A stretch of DNA of 63,813 nucleotides, the filler included, from Reclinomonas americana ATCC 50394 (lineage: Eukaryota), in NCBI GenBank assembly GCA_048213135.1. It is 7 parts of 7 records of this genome, joined end to end, with 100 filler letters (N's around TTAATTAATTAA, not from the genome) between each part and the next. Parts side by side here need not be neighbours in the genome. Positions count along the whole stretch, not along the records: positions 1 to 15,423 come from PS015624.1; 6 more parts are not named here. One strand, given 5' to 3'. Position 1 is the first letter of the stretch, and the number at the start of each line of letters is the position of its first letter. The translations under genes were made by a program, and so were the position numbers. A model generated the notes under the pieces. It had not been told where the DNA came from. It made no database searches and saw nothing but the letters and a program-made list of their open reading frames with translations. Positions 1-11,346 of the stretch are shown here, in pieces.

Positions 1-294
1 TGGGTGCCAGCTCACCGGCCGCCTCGTCGGCGTCAGCAGGACCACATCATTCGTCGGCCTCGGCGGCGCCCGTTAGCGGCGAGCCATAACAGGAGGCAAC
101 ACAGAGAGTGAGAGAAAAAAAAGTGAGGCCTCGTCTCGCCTTGCTTCTCTTGCCCTCTTTTTAGTTTCTCCCCTCCTCCTCCTCCTCCTCTCCTTCAATT
201 TCTTCTATACATTCACGAATAAGCGTGGCGCGGATGTCGCTCATCCATGCGCGCATTATAAAGACAGACAGGATCATATCAAACATAGAGAGAA

Positions 295-689
295 TCACAA
301 CATGGTGCAGCACTTGTTGCCGTCGCGTGCTGTTGTGTAGAACGTCTTGGCCTGCGAGCTGAGATCGGTCGACTTTTGAATGAGCGTGTCCAATCGCTCA
401 CCTCGCTCCAACACGCCGTCAATGGTCTTGTGCTGCGCGCGCAAGGCATGGAAGACACGTGTCAGCGCGCACACACGCACACAAGGGGGAGAGCGGTCTC
501 TTGTGAAAGAAGAAAACCAACCATGATCAGCTTGGTCTCGTCAATGTCCTTTTGCACCTTGAGAATGGCATCGGCCTCGTGCGGGTCCTGGTACTTGGCC
601 ACGTAGCCCTCCAGGTCACCGTGTGGCAGACCGTTCTCCGAGCGGCAGTTGAACTCGCCGTGGTACTTTTCGCTGTACTCGTCGAGGAT
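295..689 (-). CDS. YKT6: Longin R-SNARE Ykt6, last two exons (5' part missing or in the gap)
   Basis: Spliced translation YQDPHEADAILKVQKDIDETKLIM|HKTIDGVLERGERLDTLIQKSTDLSSQAKTFY...KCCTML*. GT-AG intron; C-terminal di-Cys prenylation motif. Confidence 0.93.
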
Positions 690-1003
690 CTGGGGTGGTG
701 GGTGAGTGAGGGAGAAGGGTGAGGGACGAAGGAAAGGGGCGAAGAAGGCGAAATCGGTGGGTAGCATAGTGGGCAGGATGGGAAGGACGGCAGGAAAGAG
801 GAGCAGGAAGAGAGATCACCGAGCATGCGTACGAAGAAGAGGGAATACAAAGAACACCGAGGCAAGAGGAGTTGACGAAAGTGGGCAAAGCGCAAGCGAC
901 AAATGCGCATGGCCGTGGGGAGTGAAAGAATCCTTCCAGGCGACGATTGGACAAGCTGGCGACCACCAAGATTCGCGGGATAGATGCGTGTGCACATGCA
1001 AGT

Positions 1004-1087
<84 letters not shown>

Positions 1088-1161
1088 AGAGAGAGANNNN
1101 NNNNNNNNNNNNNNNNNNNACCTCCAACTACACTCAATACACACTCACTCACTCACTCACG

Positions 1162-1196
<35 letters not shown>

Positions 1197-1410
1197 ACTC
1201 ACTCACCACTCATCTCTCTCTCAGTCACTCACACTCAATCACTCACTCACTCATCTCTCTCTCTCTCTTTCAGTCACTCACACACTCACTCACACTCACT
1301 CACTCACACACACACTCTCTCTCACACACTCACTCACACACTCACACACTCTCACTCTCACACACTCACTCTCTCTTTCTCTCGCGGCCTTCTCTTCTCC
1401 TCTCACTCAC

Positions 1411-1492
1411 CGCGCTTTCCATAGACAACAGCATGCTCGCCGAACAAGAGGATCTTGCCAGGCGCAGACACACTTGCGATGAACTCAGTCAT
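1411..1492 (-). CDS. MVK: Mevalonate kinase (GHMP family), first exon only
   Basis: MTEFIASVSAPGKILLFGEHAVVYGKR followed by a GTGAGT donor. SAPGK.ILFGEHAVVYG is the mevalonate kinase N-terminal signature. The rest of the gene is not visible (gap at ~1097-1119). Confidence 0.85.
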
Positions 1493-1820
1493 TTTGTATG
1501 CGAAAAAAAAAAACCACTCACAAACTAACTAAACTTGCGAAAAATTCTCACGCGACGTTCCTCTTATAACGTGTTTCTGCACAGCACCTGTGTGCGTGTA
1601 AGAGTGTGCCTACAAAGTACATAAGCACGACGATCAGTTGTGAAACAGAGCACAGGCGGAAACAAGCTTGCAAGTTGCGAAGTCGATCGCGATCGATATC
1701 GTATACGTAAAAGGCTTGCTGCATTGTGTTGACCATGAGTGTGCTCTCACAGCTTGCAGTCTCCACCACGAAACGACGTCCCGACAAGACAAGGCATCAG
1801 GACGTACGTACTTGTCTTTC

Positions 1821-2876
1821 ATGCAACGATTCCGCGGCCACACCGACCGGATTGTATCGCTGGCTGTGACCCGCGACGAGCAGTTCATTGTCACAGGCAG
1901 CCACGACGCGACTGTGCGCGTGTGGTTGCTGGCAAGTGGCGAGCAACTGCACTGCTTGTGTGGTCACACGGATCGCGTGCAGGCAGTGGCACTGACACCG
2001 AGTGATCGGCATGTAGTGTCGGGCAGCGCGGATGCCACGGTGCGAGTGTGGTCGCTGAAGAGTGGGACGGAGGTGCGTCGACTGGAGGGGCACACTGGCG
2101 TTGTGAGTGGTGTGGCGGTGACCACTGATGACACGTGCGCGGTGTCGAGCAGTGACGACTGCACGGTGCGAGTGTGGGCGCTGAAGAGTGGCAAGGAGGT
2201 GCGTCGGTTTGCGGGTCACACGGCTGCTGTGACGTGTGTGGCGGTGTGCCCCGACGGGCAGCACGTGGTCACGGGGAGTGAGGACAAGACAGTGCGCGTG
2301 TGGTCACTGGCGAGTGGCGAGGAGGTGCGGCTGTTGACTGGCTGTCAAGGCACTGTGCGCTCAGTGGCAGTGGCGCCCGACGGGCAATTCGTGGTCTCTG
2401 GCGATATCTACCAGGTGGTGCGCATGTGGTCGCTGGCCACCGGGCAGCAGCTGCACTGCATGAGCGAGCATCTGGCGATGGTGTGCTCGGTGGCGGTGAC
2501 CGCCGACAGCATGTTCATTGTGTCGTGCTCGTGGGACGGCACAGTGCAGGTGTGGTCGGCGGCCAGTGGACATCGAGTGCTGCGGCTGGTGAACGACAGA
2601 GGCGGAGTGCTCTCAGTGGCCACGACACGCACCGGTCGCTACATTGTCGCTGGCGTCGTCGTCGACAGTTGCGTGCGCCTGTGGCCTACGCACTACGGTC
2701 TCGCGTGCGAAGAACTGCAGTGCGCCGAGGCCGCCCTGGAGGCGGTGCACAAACTCCAGCAACGCCAGCGTGCCGCCAAGCACCCGCGATGCCTGGTGGA
2801 GATTGCACTGCGCTGCTTCATTGTCGAGGACGCGCAGGTTATCGCCCATCGATATGCCAGTGTGCCGTTGTTCTGA
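1821..2876 (+). CDS. WD40-repeat protein with conserved C-terminal tail, family copy 1 (intronless, more divergent)
   Basis: About 7 GH..V.SVAVTPD...VSGS.D.TVRVW repeats, then HYGLA...RCLVEIALRCFIVEDAQVI. First in-frame ATG at 1821. Confidence 0.9.
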   Translation: MQRFRGHTDRIVSLAVTRDEQFIVTGSHDATVRVWLLASGEQLHCLCGHTDRVQAVALTPSDRHVVSGSADATVRVWSLKSGTEVRRLEGHTGVVSGVAVTTDDTCAVSSSDDCTVRVWALKSGKEVRRFAGHTAAVTCVAVCPDGQHVVTGSEDKTVRVWSLASGEEVRLLTGCQGTVRSVAVAPDGQFVVSGDIYQVVRMWSLATGQQLHCMSEHLAMVCSVAVTADSMFIVSCSWDGTVQVWSAASGHRVLRLVNDRGGVLSVATTRTGRYIVAGVVVDSCVRLWPTHYGLACEELQCAEAALEAVHKLQQRQRAAKHPRCLVEIALRCFIVEDAQVIAHRYASVPLF

Positions 2877-3328
2877 CCACAACACGACTGCGTCCGCGGT
2901 GGTTTCTCTTGCAGAAACGCCAGCGTTTGGCATGGACTTCAGCGCGCTGCAGCTGTGTTGCTGTTTGGACAACAACAGATCATTCATTCATAAAGGTCTT
3001 GATGACCAAGTCCAACCATGTCCAAAACATCAACACAAACACCAGCCTTGAGGGCAGCAGCAGGTTTCTTTGGTGTGTGTTTTTTTGCTCTCATGTGAAC
3101 AAGTCGCGATCGAGAAATGCGACCTTGAAGTTTGTACATGTTGTTGTTGCATTCGCGACGTCGCAAGGCACACAAGTCATCTACGAATGGTTCTGCTGCA
3201 CCTGCTGCCCCACTGACACCCTTGAATGCCTGCTTCCCAAGAGCTTTCATGCATGCATGCGACGTCCATTTCTCCGATGTCCTCTACGTCTTCTCCCCTT
3301 CTTCCCCCTTTCCCTCCCCGCGCACCCC

Positions 3329-4315
3329 ATGGAATCCGAGTACCTTCGCTCTCTCTTCTCGCTCACTGGCAAACGCGCGGTGGTGACGGGCGGTGGCAAG
3401 GGCGTGGGCGCCATGATCGCCCGCGGACTTGCACACGCCGGCTGCGCGCGCGTCTACGTGTGCTCCCGCGATGCAGCCTCGTGCGAGGCCTTTGCCAAGG
3501 AAATCAACGCCGAGAAAGGGTGCGTCTCACAGAAAGAAAGAGAATGCAGACTCTCACTCACACTCTCCAATGTGCAGTGTGGCCAAGGACTGTGTGGTGG
3601 GCTTGGAGGCCAACCTGAGCGACGAGGCCGGCTGCAAGGCGTTTGTGAGCACACTGCGCAGCAAGTACAACGAGACTGCATTGCACATTTTGGTCAACAA
3701 CTCGGGGGCGAACTGGGGCTCCACCATTGCGGAGTACCCCGAGTCGGCGTGGGACAAGGTCATGGCGTTGAACGTGAAGGGAGTGTTCATGCTGACGCGA
3801 CTGCTGCTGCCGCTGCTGGAGGAGGCGAGTCAGGAGAAGGACGCACAGGGGGCCACGGGATACGAGAGCGGCTGTTCACCGGCGCGCGTGATCAACATTG
3901 GCAGCGTGCAGGGCGAGGTGCCGCCGATGTTGGAGACGTATGCGTATAGTGCAAGCAAGGCCGCGGTGCATCACTTGACGAGAGTGCTGGCGTCGCAGCT
4001 GGCGCGTCGTCACGTGACGGTCAATGCGTTGGCACTCGGGCCGTTCGAGTCCAAGATGATGGCGGTGTGTCATCCTCGTTCGTTGCTCCGGCATCTCGCT
4101 CACTCTGTTGCGCTCGTCTCATCATCGCTGGCGGTGTGCAGGCCACGCTGAAGCGATACAAGGACACGATTGTGCAAAACATCCCTCTCGGTCGTATCGG
4201 ATCGCCCGACGATGTCGCCGGTGTGTGCACCTACCTGTGCTCTCGCGCTGGCGAGTACGTCAGCGGTGCGATCATTCCTGTCGAGGGCGCCTACATGGTG
4301 CAAGCGAAGCTGTGA
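3329..4315 (+). CDS. Short-chain dehydrogenase/reductase (RhlG/FabG-like), 3 exons, PTS1 (-AKL)
   Basis: TGGGKGVG, NNSG, YSASK motifs; two GT-AG introns restore the frame; ends QAKL*. Confidence 0.9.
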
Positions 4316-4404
4316 CGCGACCAAGTGTACACGAAACGCTCGTCCACTATGTACATTTCTTGCGAGACTCAGAGCGATCCAGTCAGTGCGTGTGGTGGCG
4401 TAGA

Positions 4405-5094
4405 TTACGCCTCCACGTCGCCGCGAGTGAGCAAGTCGCCGAACTCGGGGTGCGACGGCATGAACTGGTGGTGCGCACAAAGACAAGAGAATGGTCAGTC
4501 AAGATTCTTATTCCACTCTTGTGGTAGCACCATGACTAACCTTGTCGCGAATGTACGTGCTGTGCCAGCCACACACCACACAACAGCGCGCGTTGTTAAT
4601 CACGCGGAAGACCACAGGCAGGCAGGCGAAGGGGAAGGGGGGCGGTGAGACTCACCAGGTGGCTACGATCTTCTGCCATCCGGCCGCCTGGAAGTATCGC
4701 ACTCCAGCCTAACAAACACAGTCATCCAACAGAATCTCTCTCTCCCTCCTTCCCTCTTCAACCTGCAGCTCACCTCGACAAGGAAGTCGGCCAGGCCCTG
4801 CCCACGAAACTCCGAATCGACCTCCACGTGTGACAGCTCGACAAACTTCTCCTGCCCGGCACGATCGTGCGAGACGAACTGCAGGTGGCCGATCACACGC
4901 CCGCCCTCCCCAGCCACGCGCACGAGCATGCGTTCCGCGTGCGACACGGGGATCGGTTGCTCACCTGACACGTGAGATCGATGAGCATGAGAGAGTGAAG
5001 AGAGAATGCGCTCGCAACACACACCAAGGCGCAGCTCCAGGCTCTGTGCGTTGGAGCTCTCTTGTACCCAGCAGCGGTCGAGAATGCCACTCAT
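4405..5094 (-). CDS. NATD1/YjdJ-like GNAT acetyltransferase, multi-exon
   Basis: HVEVDSEFRGQGLADFLVE|AGVRYFQAAGWQKIVATC|TYIRDK|FMPSHPEFGDLL: RGQG acetyl-CoA motif and C-x-Y motif. Confidence 0.8.
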
Positions 5095-5250
5095 CGCGTC
5101 TTTTGCTCACAGGAGGCGCGGAAAATGAAGGGTGGTGGTGTCGATCGACGAAATGACTTTGGTTCACTACACCTTGTCTCGTTTCTCCGGCCGTGCAAGA
5201 TGAAGGTTTACTATCTGCAGCAAGAACTATCTTTATGCGCAACAGCGGAA

Positions 5251-6333
5251 TCACAGACTGTGGGCGCTAGAGCAGCATCGGAACAGCACCGCCCCCGCGT
5301 CCTCGACGATGAAGCAGCGGAGCACCATCTCTGGCAGGCAGCGTGGATCATCCTCTCCCTCCTCCTCCTGTGGCAGCATCTCCTGAACAGCCTGCATGGC
5401 CAGCCGTGCACAGTCGACATCAATGTGCGCGAGGCCACTCACCGTCGACCACACGCGCACAGTTCCATTGTCTTCACAGCTGACAATGTGCTGTCCATTG
5501 GGAGTGACGGCGAGGGAGTTCACGCCCCCGTTGTGCCCCTCCAACCTTTGCACCTCCTCTCCACTGACCACCGACCATATTCGCACTGTCGCATCGTCGC
5601 CACCACTCACCACATGCCGACCGTCGGGAGTGGAGGTGACAGACCACACTCCAACAGAGTGTCCCACCAGTTGTCGCACCTCCTCTCCACTCGCCAGTGA
5701 CCACATGCGAATGGTTTCGGCGAAGCCACTGCTCACAATGTGCAGACCATCACGGGTGACGGCGACTGACCACAACATTCCTCCGCTTCCCTCGAGCCGT
5801 CGCACTTCCTCGCCTGTTGCAAGCGACCACACTCGCACGGTGCGATCCGCACTTCCACTCACAACGTGCCGACCATCGGGAGTGACAGCCACAGACGCCA
5901 CGGATTGAGCGTGTCCCTCCAACCGTCGCACCTCTTCGCCACTTGCCAATGACCACACTCGCACTGTCTTGTCATCGCCACAACTCACGATATACTGACC
6001 ATCGGGGGTGACGGCGACAGACCTCACTTCTCCAGTATGGCCCTCCAACTGTCGCACTTCTTCTCCACTTGCCAGCGACCACACCCGCACTGTTTCGTCG
6101 TCACTCCCACTCACAGCGTGCGCACCGTCGGGAGTGACGGCCACGGTGCTCACCCCACGCGTGTGTCCATCCAACAATCGCACCTCTTTGCCACTCGCCA
6201 GTGACCACACGCGCACTGTGTTATCCTCATGGCCACTCACAATGTGCTGGCCGTCGGGTGAAATGGCGACGGAGTACACTTCCCCAGGTGTTTGGATGCG
6301 CAGACTGGAGAAGAGTGGCGCAGTGGAGGCCAT
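5251..6333 (-). CDS. WD40 family copy 2 (intronless)
   Basis: MASTAPLF..., 7 WD repeats, tail ...[24 protein letters not shown]. Confidence 0.92.
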   Translation of the reverse strand: MASTAPLFSSLRIQTPGEVYSVAISPDGQHIVSGHEDNTVRVWSLASGKEVRLLDGHTRGVSTVAVTPDGAHAVSGSDDETVRVWSLASGEEVRQLEGHTGEVRSVAVTPDGQYIVSCGDDKTVRVWSLASGEEVRRLEGHAQSVASVAVTPDGRHVVSGSADRTVRVWSLATGEEVRRLEGSGGMLWSVAVTRDGLHIVSSGFAETIRMWSLASGEEVRQLVGHSVGVWSVTSTPDGRHVVSGGDDATVRIWSVVSGEEVQRLEGHNGGVNSLAVTPNGQHIVSCEDNGTVRVWSTVSGLAHIDVDCARLAMQAVQEMLPQEEEGEDDPRCLPEMVLRCFIVEDAGAVLFRCCSSAHSL

Positions 6334-6685
6334 GCTGGGTGGAGGAAGGTGAGGGCGAGAGAGAAACGAAGAGGATGCGTGGTGTGTGCTTGCGAAGTGT
6401 CTGTGTGTGCGTGTGTGTTGGGACGAAGAGACGTCATACAAAGTCCCGATCTTCGGGCTGCCATTCTCGTCTGTGCTATCGCCGCTGCACCTTCTTTCGA
6501 GCAGATTCTCCTTTACCTACTGGCTTGCATTTCACAAGAACGCTGTCCACCTTCAAAGTCATATGTCGGTAGTCACGATATCGAAGTTGACGACGCTTCA
6601 CTCTCTCCCAAGCAACAATGTACTGCACGCACACACAAGAAAAGAACTCTAGCACAGAGACTCCAACAGCACCCTCACTCAATCA

Positions 6686-7759
6686 TTACAGATGCAGGGC
6701 AGGATCAACACTGCACCGGAACAGCACCGCCTCTGCATCCTCGACGATGAAGCAGCGCAGCACCATCTCCGGCAAGCAGCGTTCCTCTTTCACTTCCTGC
6801 ACCTCCTGAACTGCCAACATGGCCAGGAGTGCTTGATCAAGTTCAATGCGAGCAAGGCCGCACGGCGTGGACCACACGCGCACTGTCTCATCAACGCTCC
6901 CACTTATAATGTGCTGGCCATCAAAGGTGATGGCGACGGAGCGCACCCATCCATTGTGCCCATCCAGTCGCCGCACTTCCTCTCCACTCGTCAATGACCA
7001 GACTCGCACTGACTCATCATAACTCCCGCTCACCACATGCTGGCCATCGCGAGTGACGGCGACGGAGCGCACGTACGAGAGACAAGTGTGTCCCTTTAGC
7101 TGTCGCACTTCTTCGCCACTGGACACAGACAACACTCGCACATTCTCGCCAACACCTCCACTCACAATGTGCTGACTGTCGGGAGTGACAGCCAGAGACC
7201 ACACAACACCAGTGCATCCGGTGAAGAGTCGCACCAGCTCTCCACTCGCCACAGACCACAGTCGCACAGTCTTATCCTCACTGCCGCTCACAACAAACTG
7301 ACCGTCGGGAGTGCCGGCAACAGATGTCACCGTGTCGGTGTGTCCCTCCAGCAGTCGCTCTACTTCTCCACTCGCCATCGACCATATTCGCACGGTGGTA
7401 TCACCTAAGCAGCCGCCACTCACAATGTGCTGGCCATCGCAAGTGACTGCCACGCATCGCACGTAGCTAGTGTGTCCCTCCAGTTGTCGCACTTCTTCTC
7501 CACTCGCCAGGGACCACACCCGCACCGTCATGTCATGGCCTCCGCTCACCACGTGCTGACCGTCGGGAGTGAAGGTGACGGAGAGCACCTTTTCTGCATG
7601 TCCCTTCAATCGTCGCACCTCCTCTCCAGTCATCAGTGACCACACGCGCATAGTGCTGTCCTCATTGCTGCTCACAGCATGCTGGCCGTCGGGAGTGACG
7701 GCGACGGCATACACTTTCCCAGGCGCCTTGATGCGCAGCCTGCAGAAGAAGAAAGGCAT
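6686..7759 (-). CDS. WD40 family copy 3 (intronless)
   Basis: MPFFFCRLRIK..., 7 WD repeats, tail STPCGLA...[23 protein letters not shown]. Confidence 0.92.
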   Translation of the reverse strand: MPFFFCRLRIKAPGKVYAVAVTPDGQHAVSSNEDSTMRVWSLMTGEEVRRLKGHAEKVLSVTFTPDGQHVVSGGHDMTVRVWSLASGEEVRQLEGHTSYVRCVAVTCDGQHIVSGGCLGDTTVRIWSMASGEVERLLEGHTDTVTSVAGTPDGQFVVSGSEDKTVRLWSVASGELVRLFTGCTGVVWSLAVTPDSQHIVSGGVGENVRVLSVSSGEEVRQLKGHTCLSYVRSVAVTRDGQHVVSGSYDESVRVWSLTSGEEVRRLDGHNGWVRSVAITFDGQHIISGSVDETVRVWSTPCGLARIELDQALLAMLAVQEVQEVKEERCLPEMVLRCFIVEDAEAVLFRCSVDPALHL

Positions 7760-8059
7760 GAAGGAGGCTATGAGGGATGGAGGATGGTGGAGGAAGAAAC
7801 GAAGGGGATGGATGGTGTGCGAGTTCTGCTTTGAAGGCGTGTGTGTGTGTGTTGTGGAGGACGAAGGGACGTCAACAAAAGTTTCCGTCCTCCTTGTCGG
7901 GTCTCTGCTGGAGTCAACACTGCTGACTTGCCAGCTTGCATTCACAGGAATGCTGTTGACGTCCACCTTCAACACCAAACGGAAGACGCTGCACCATGGC
8001 CATAGTACACTTCTGCTTCAAGAAAAAACAAAGCGACGGAACAACTCTGGCACCAAACT

Positions 8060-9136
8060 TCACAGATGCAGGGCAGGATCAGCACGGCACCGGAACAGCA
8101 CCACCTCGGCGTCCTCGACAATGAAGCAGCGCAGCACCATCTCCGGCAAGCAGCGTTCCTCTTTCGCCTCCTGCATCTCCTGAACCGCCAACATGGCCAG
8201 TCGCGCTTCATCAAGATCGACGTGAGCGAGGCCGCATGGCGTGGACCACACTCGCACGGTCTTGTCAGCACTGCCACTCACGATATGCTGACCGTCGTGG
8301 GTGACGGCGACACATGTCACCCCTTCCGTGTGTCCCTCCATCCGCCGTACTTCCTCTCCGCTCGCCAGTGACCACACTCGCACAGTCCGATCCCAGTTCC
8401 CGCTGACCACATGCTGACCGTCCGGGGTTACGGCGACCGAGCGCACCGCGCCAGTGGCTCCCTCCATCCGCCGCACTTCCTCTCCACTTGCCAGTGACCA
8501 CACTCGCACCAAGTTGTCTCCGCTTCCGCTCACACCGAATTGACCGTCGGGAGTAAACGTGACAGAGAAAACTGGATACACATCACCTTTCAGCAGCCAC
8601 ACTTCGCCGCCGGTGGACCACGACCACACTCGCAGCGTTTTGTCCCACGTGCCACCGCCGCTAGCGATGCGCTGACTGTCGGCGGCGACGGCGACAGACC
8701 CCACCCAGTCATTGTGCCTCTCCAGTCGTCGCACCTCCTCCCCTGTCGCCAGAGACCACACGCGCACTGTGTTGTCGTCACTCCCACTCACGATGAGCTC
8801 ACCGTTGGGAGTGACGGCGACAGACCGTACGGCGTCGGTGTGCCCCTCCAACCGTCGCAGTTCCTCGCCGCTCGCCAGCGACCACAAGCGCGCAGTCTTA
8901 TCATGACTCCCACTCACTACGTGCTGACCGTCGGGAGTGACGGCGACAGACGACACCCAATCTGTGTGTCCCTCCAACCGTCGCATCTCCTCCCCTTTCG
9001 ACATGGACCACACGCACACGGTGCAATCCTCGTGGCCACTCACAATGTGCTGACCATCGGGAGAGACGGCGACAGAGTGCACTCGACCAGGCGTCTGCAC
9101 ACAGAGCCTGCAGGAGAGTGGTGTGGTGGAGGCCAT
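8060..9136 (-). CDS. WD40 family copy 4 (intronless)
   Basis: MASTTPLSC..., 7 WD repeats, same conserved tail. Confidence 0.92.
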   Translation of the reverse strand: MASTTPLSCRLCVQTPGRVHSVAVSPDGQHIVSGHEDCTVCVWSMSKGEEMRRLEGHTDWVSSVAVTPDGQHVVSGSHDKTARLWSLASGEELRRLEGHTDAVRSVAVTPNGELIVSGSDDNTVRVWSLATGEEVRRLERHNDWVGSVAVAADSQRIASGGGTWDKTLRVWSWSTGGEVWLLKGDVYPVFSVTFTPDGQFGVSGSGDNLVRVWSLASGEEVRRMEGATGAVRSVAVTPDGQHVVSGNWDRTVRVWSLASGEEVRRMEGHTEGVTCVAVTHDGQHIVSGSADKTVRVWSTPCGLAHVDLDEARLAMLAVQEMQEAKEERCLPEMVLRCFIVEDAEVVLFRCRADPALHL

Positions 9137-9388
9137 GGTGGGTGGGTGGGAAGTGAGAAGCGCGTCACAACGATCGTCACAACGGTCGAAAACAACGAAG
9201 AGGACGAAGGGACAGTCAACGAAATCCCTCCCTTCTCGGCGTTGCCTCTCTCGTCTGCATTACTGCTGCTGTACTTCTTCTCGAGTCGATTCTCATTTGC
9301 CACCTTCAAAGTAGCAGTTGTGACATCTTACACTCTCGCTTCAAGGAACATCACACAGCAAAAGAACAAACCAATCCCGCTCCCAACT

Positions 9389-10300
9389 TTACAGAAGCAG
9401 GGCGGGATCAGCACGGCACCGGAACAGCACCGCCTCGGCGTCCTCGATAATGAAGCAACGCAGCACCATCTCCGGCAGGCACCGCTCCTCTTTCGCCTCC
9501 TGCATCTCCTGAACAGCGCTCATGGCCAGGCGCGCGTGATCCACGTCGATCAGCGCGAGCCCACACGGCGTCGACCACACGCACACCGTGGTATCCTCGC
9601 TCCCACTGACCACGTGCTGACCATTGGGAGTGACGGCGACAGACCACACGCAGTTGCAGTGCCCCTCCAACCTCTGCACCTCCGCACCACTCGCCATCGA
9701 CCACACTCGCACCGTCGCATCATCGCCACCACTCACCACATGTCGCCCATCAGGTGTGACCACAACAGATCGCACTCCCCCATCGTGCCCCTCCATCCGC
9801 CACACCTCCTCACCACCTCCCAGCGACCACACCCGCACCGTACCATCATTACTGCCACTGACAATGCGCTGACCGTCGGGCGTGACAACAATCGCCGTCA
9901 CCCAACTACTGTGCCCCAACATTCGTCGCACTTCCTTCCCACTCGCCAACAACCACACTCGCACCGCGTTGTCCACACCCCCAGTCACCACATGCCGCCC
10001 GTCGGGCGAAAACGCGACCACTTGCACAGCGCCGTTATGTCCGTGCAACTGTAACCGTCGCACGCCCTTGTCACTCGACTTTTCCCGCACTGCCTTGGCG
10101 TTACTGTGCAGATCGTCGGCGACTACGACCATCGGCGGCAGCAACTCATCTCCTCCTCCGCCGCCGACCTCATCTCCGCTCGCCAAAGACCACACTTGTG
10201 TGGTGCGATACTCACCGCCGCTGACAATGCGCGCACCGTCAGCTGTCACGACGACTGTGAACACGCGCTCTTGCGCTTGCAACACGCGACACACGAACAT
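9389..10300 (-). CDS. WD40 family copy 5 (intronless; 5 intact repeats plus one degenerate segment)
   Basis: First in-frame ATG gives MFVCRVLQ. The second repeat is replaced by a GGGGGDELL... segment; same tail. Confidence 0.88.
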   Translation of the reverse strand: MFVCRVLQAQERVFTVVVTADGARIVSGGEYRTTQVWSLASGDEVGGGGGDELLPPMVVVADDLHSNAKAVREKSSDKGVRRLQLHGHNGAVQVVAFSPDGRHVVTGGVDNAVRVWLLASGKEVRRMLGHSSWVTAIVVTPDGQRIVSGSNDGTVRVWSLGGGEEVWRMEGHDGGVRSVVVTPDGRHVVSGGDDATVRVWSMASGAEVQRLEGHCNCVWSVAVTPNGQHVVSGSEDTTVCVWSTPCGLALIDVDHARLAMSAVQEMQEAKEERCLPEMVLRCFIIEDAEAVLFRCRADPALLL

Positions 10301-10374
10301 CGGCAAAGCAAGGACAGTTGCAGGCTCGCGCGCCGTGAACTGTCCTCTGTCCACTTTCACATCACGCTTTCACA

Positions 10375-11272
10375 ATGGAGCAAGGTGCGTTGCCTTCCTC
10401 ATGCACACGCTCCTCCACTGCGCACGTGTGTGCATGCACCACTCTCTTGTCGCGCACAATCATTCCTTTTCACTTGTTGTCACAAAGGTGGACATTTCTG
10501 TGACCATGTCTCTCACTCTTTCTCTTTGTGTGTGTGCGCAGACGTTGCACACCGTTTGCCGACTTTCGAGACTCGCGCGGAGATCGAGTGCGGACTCGCG
10601 CAGCAAAGTCTGGAGGGTCTCGATGTGAGCTCATTGAATCCGTTGTCGCCGCAAGTCATTTCGCGACAGGCAACTATCAACATTGGTGAGTGTTTGCACA
10701 CAAAGGGCATACGTGTGTGTGTGAGAGAGAGAGAGAGAGTGCAATTCCATCATGGGATTCATTTTCGGGTGCTATTTTTTTTGTGTTGTTGTACTTGTTG
10801 GGGCGTGTGCGAGACTCACAAATGGCTCTTTGTGTTTTTTTGCGTTTCAGGCACAATTGGTCATGTGGCGCACGGCAAGTCGACTGTGGTGAAGAGCATC
10901 TCGGGCGTGCAGACTGTGCGCTTCAAGAACGAGATTCGTCGTAACATTACCATCAAGCTCGGCTATGCCAACGCCAAGATCTATCAGTGCCCGACGTGCC
11001 CGGCGCCGCAGTGCTTCCAGGCCTACGGCTCATCGACTGCCGATCGCAAGGAGTGCCGTCACTGCAACACGCCGATGGCGCTCATGCGTCACGTCTCGTT
11101 TGTCGACTGCCCCGGTCACGATATTCTCATGGCCACCATGCTCAACGGTGCCGCGGTCATGGACGCTGCGCTGCTGCTGATTGCCGCCAATGAGCCATGT
11201 CCGCAGCCGCAGACGGCCGAGCATTTGGCCGCTGTCGACATTATGCAGCTGAAGCACCTGATCATTCTGCAA
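10375..11272 (+). CDS. EIF2S3: Translation initiation factor eIF2 gamma, 5' exons
   Basis: MEQ|DVAHRL...[21 protein letters not shown]...[13 protein letters not shown]...[20 protein letters not shown]. Confidence 0.96.
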
Positions 11273-11346
11273 NNNNNNNNNNNNNNNNNNNNNNNNNNNN
11301 NNNNNNNNNNNNNNCCTCTTCTTCTATTCTCCCTTCCGGTACTCAC

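Noticed and set aside
689..1492. Apparent mevalonate kinase-YKT6 fusion on the minus strand
   Set aside because: An N-gap in microsatellite separates two incomplete genes; missing sequence or a mis-join is likely.
8540..10054. Long antisense ORFs over WD40 and other GC-rich genes
   Set aside because: Shadow frames of repetitive, GC-rich coding sequence with no independent motifs.
5251..10300. CRISPR-like or DGR-like array suggested by the regular ~126-bp periodicity
   Set aside because: The periodicity is the coding WD40 repeat. No spacers, cas genes, reverse transcriptase or template repeat are visible.
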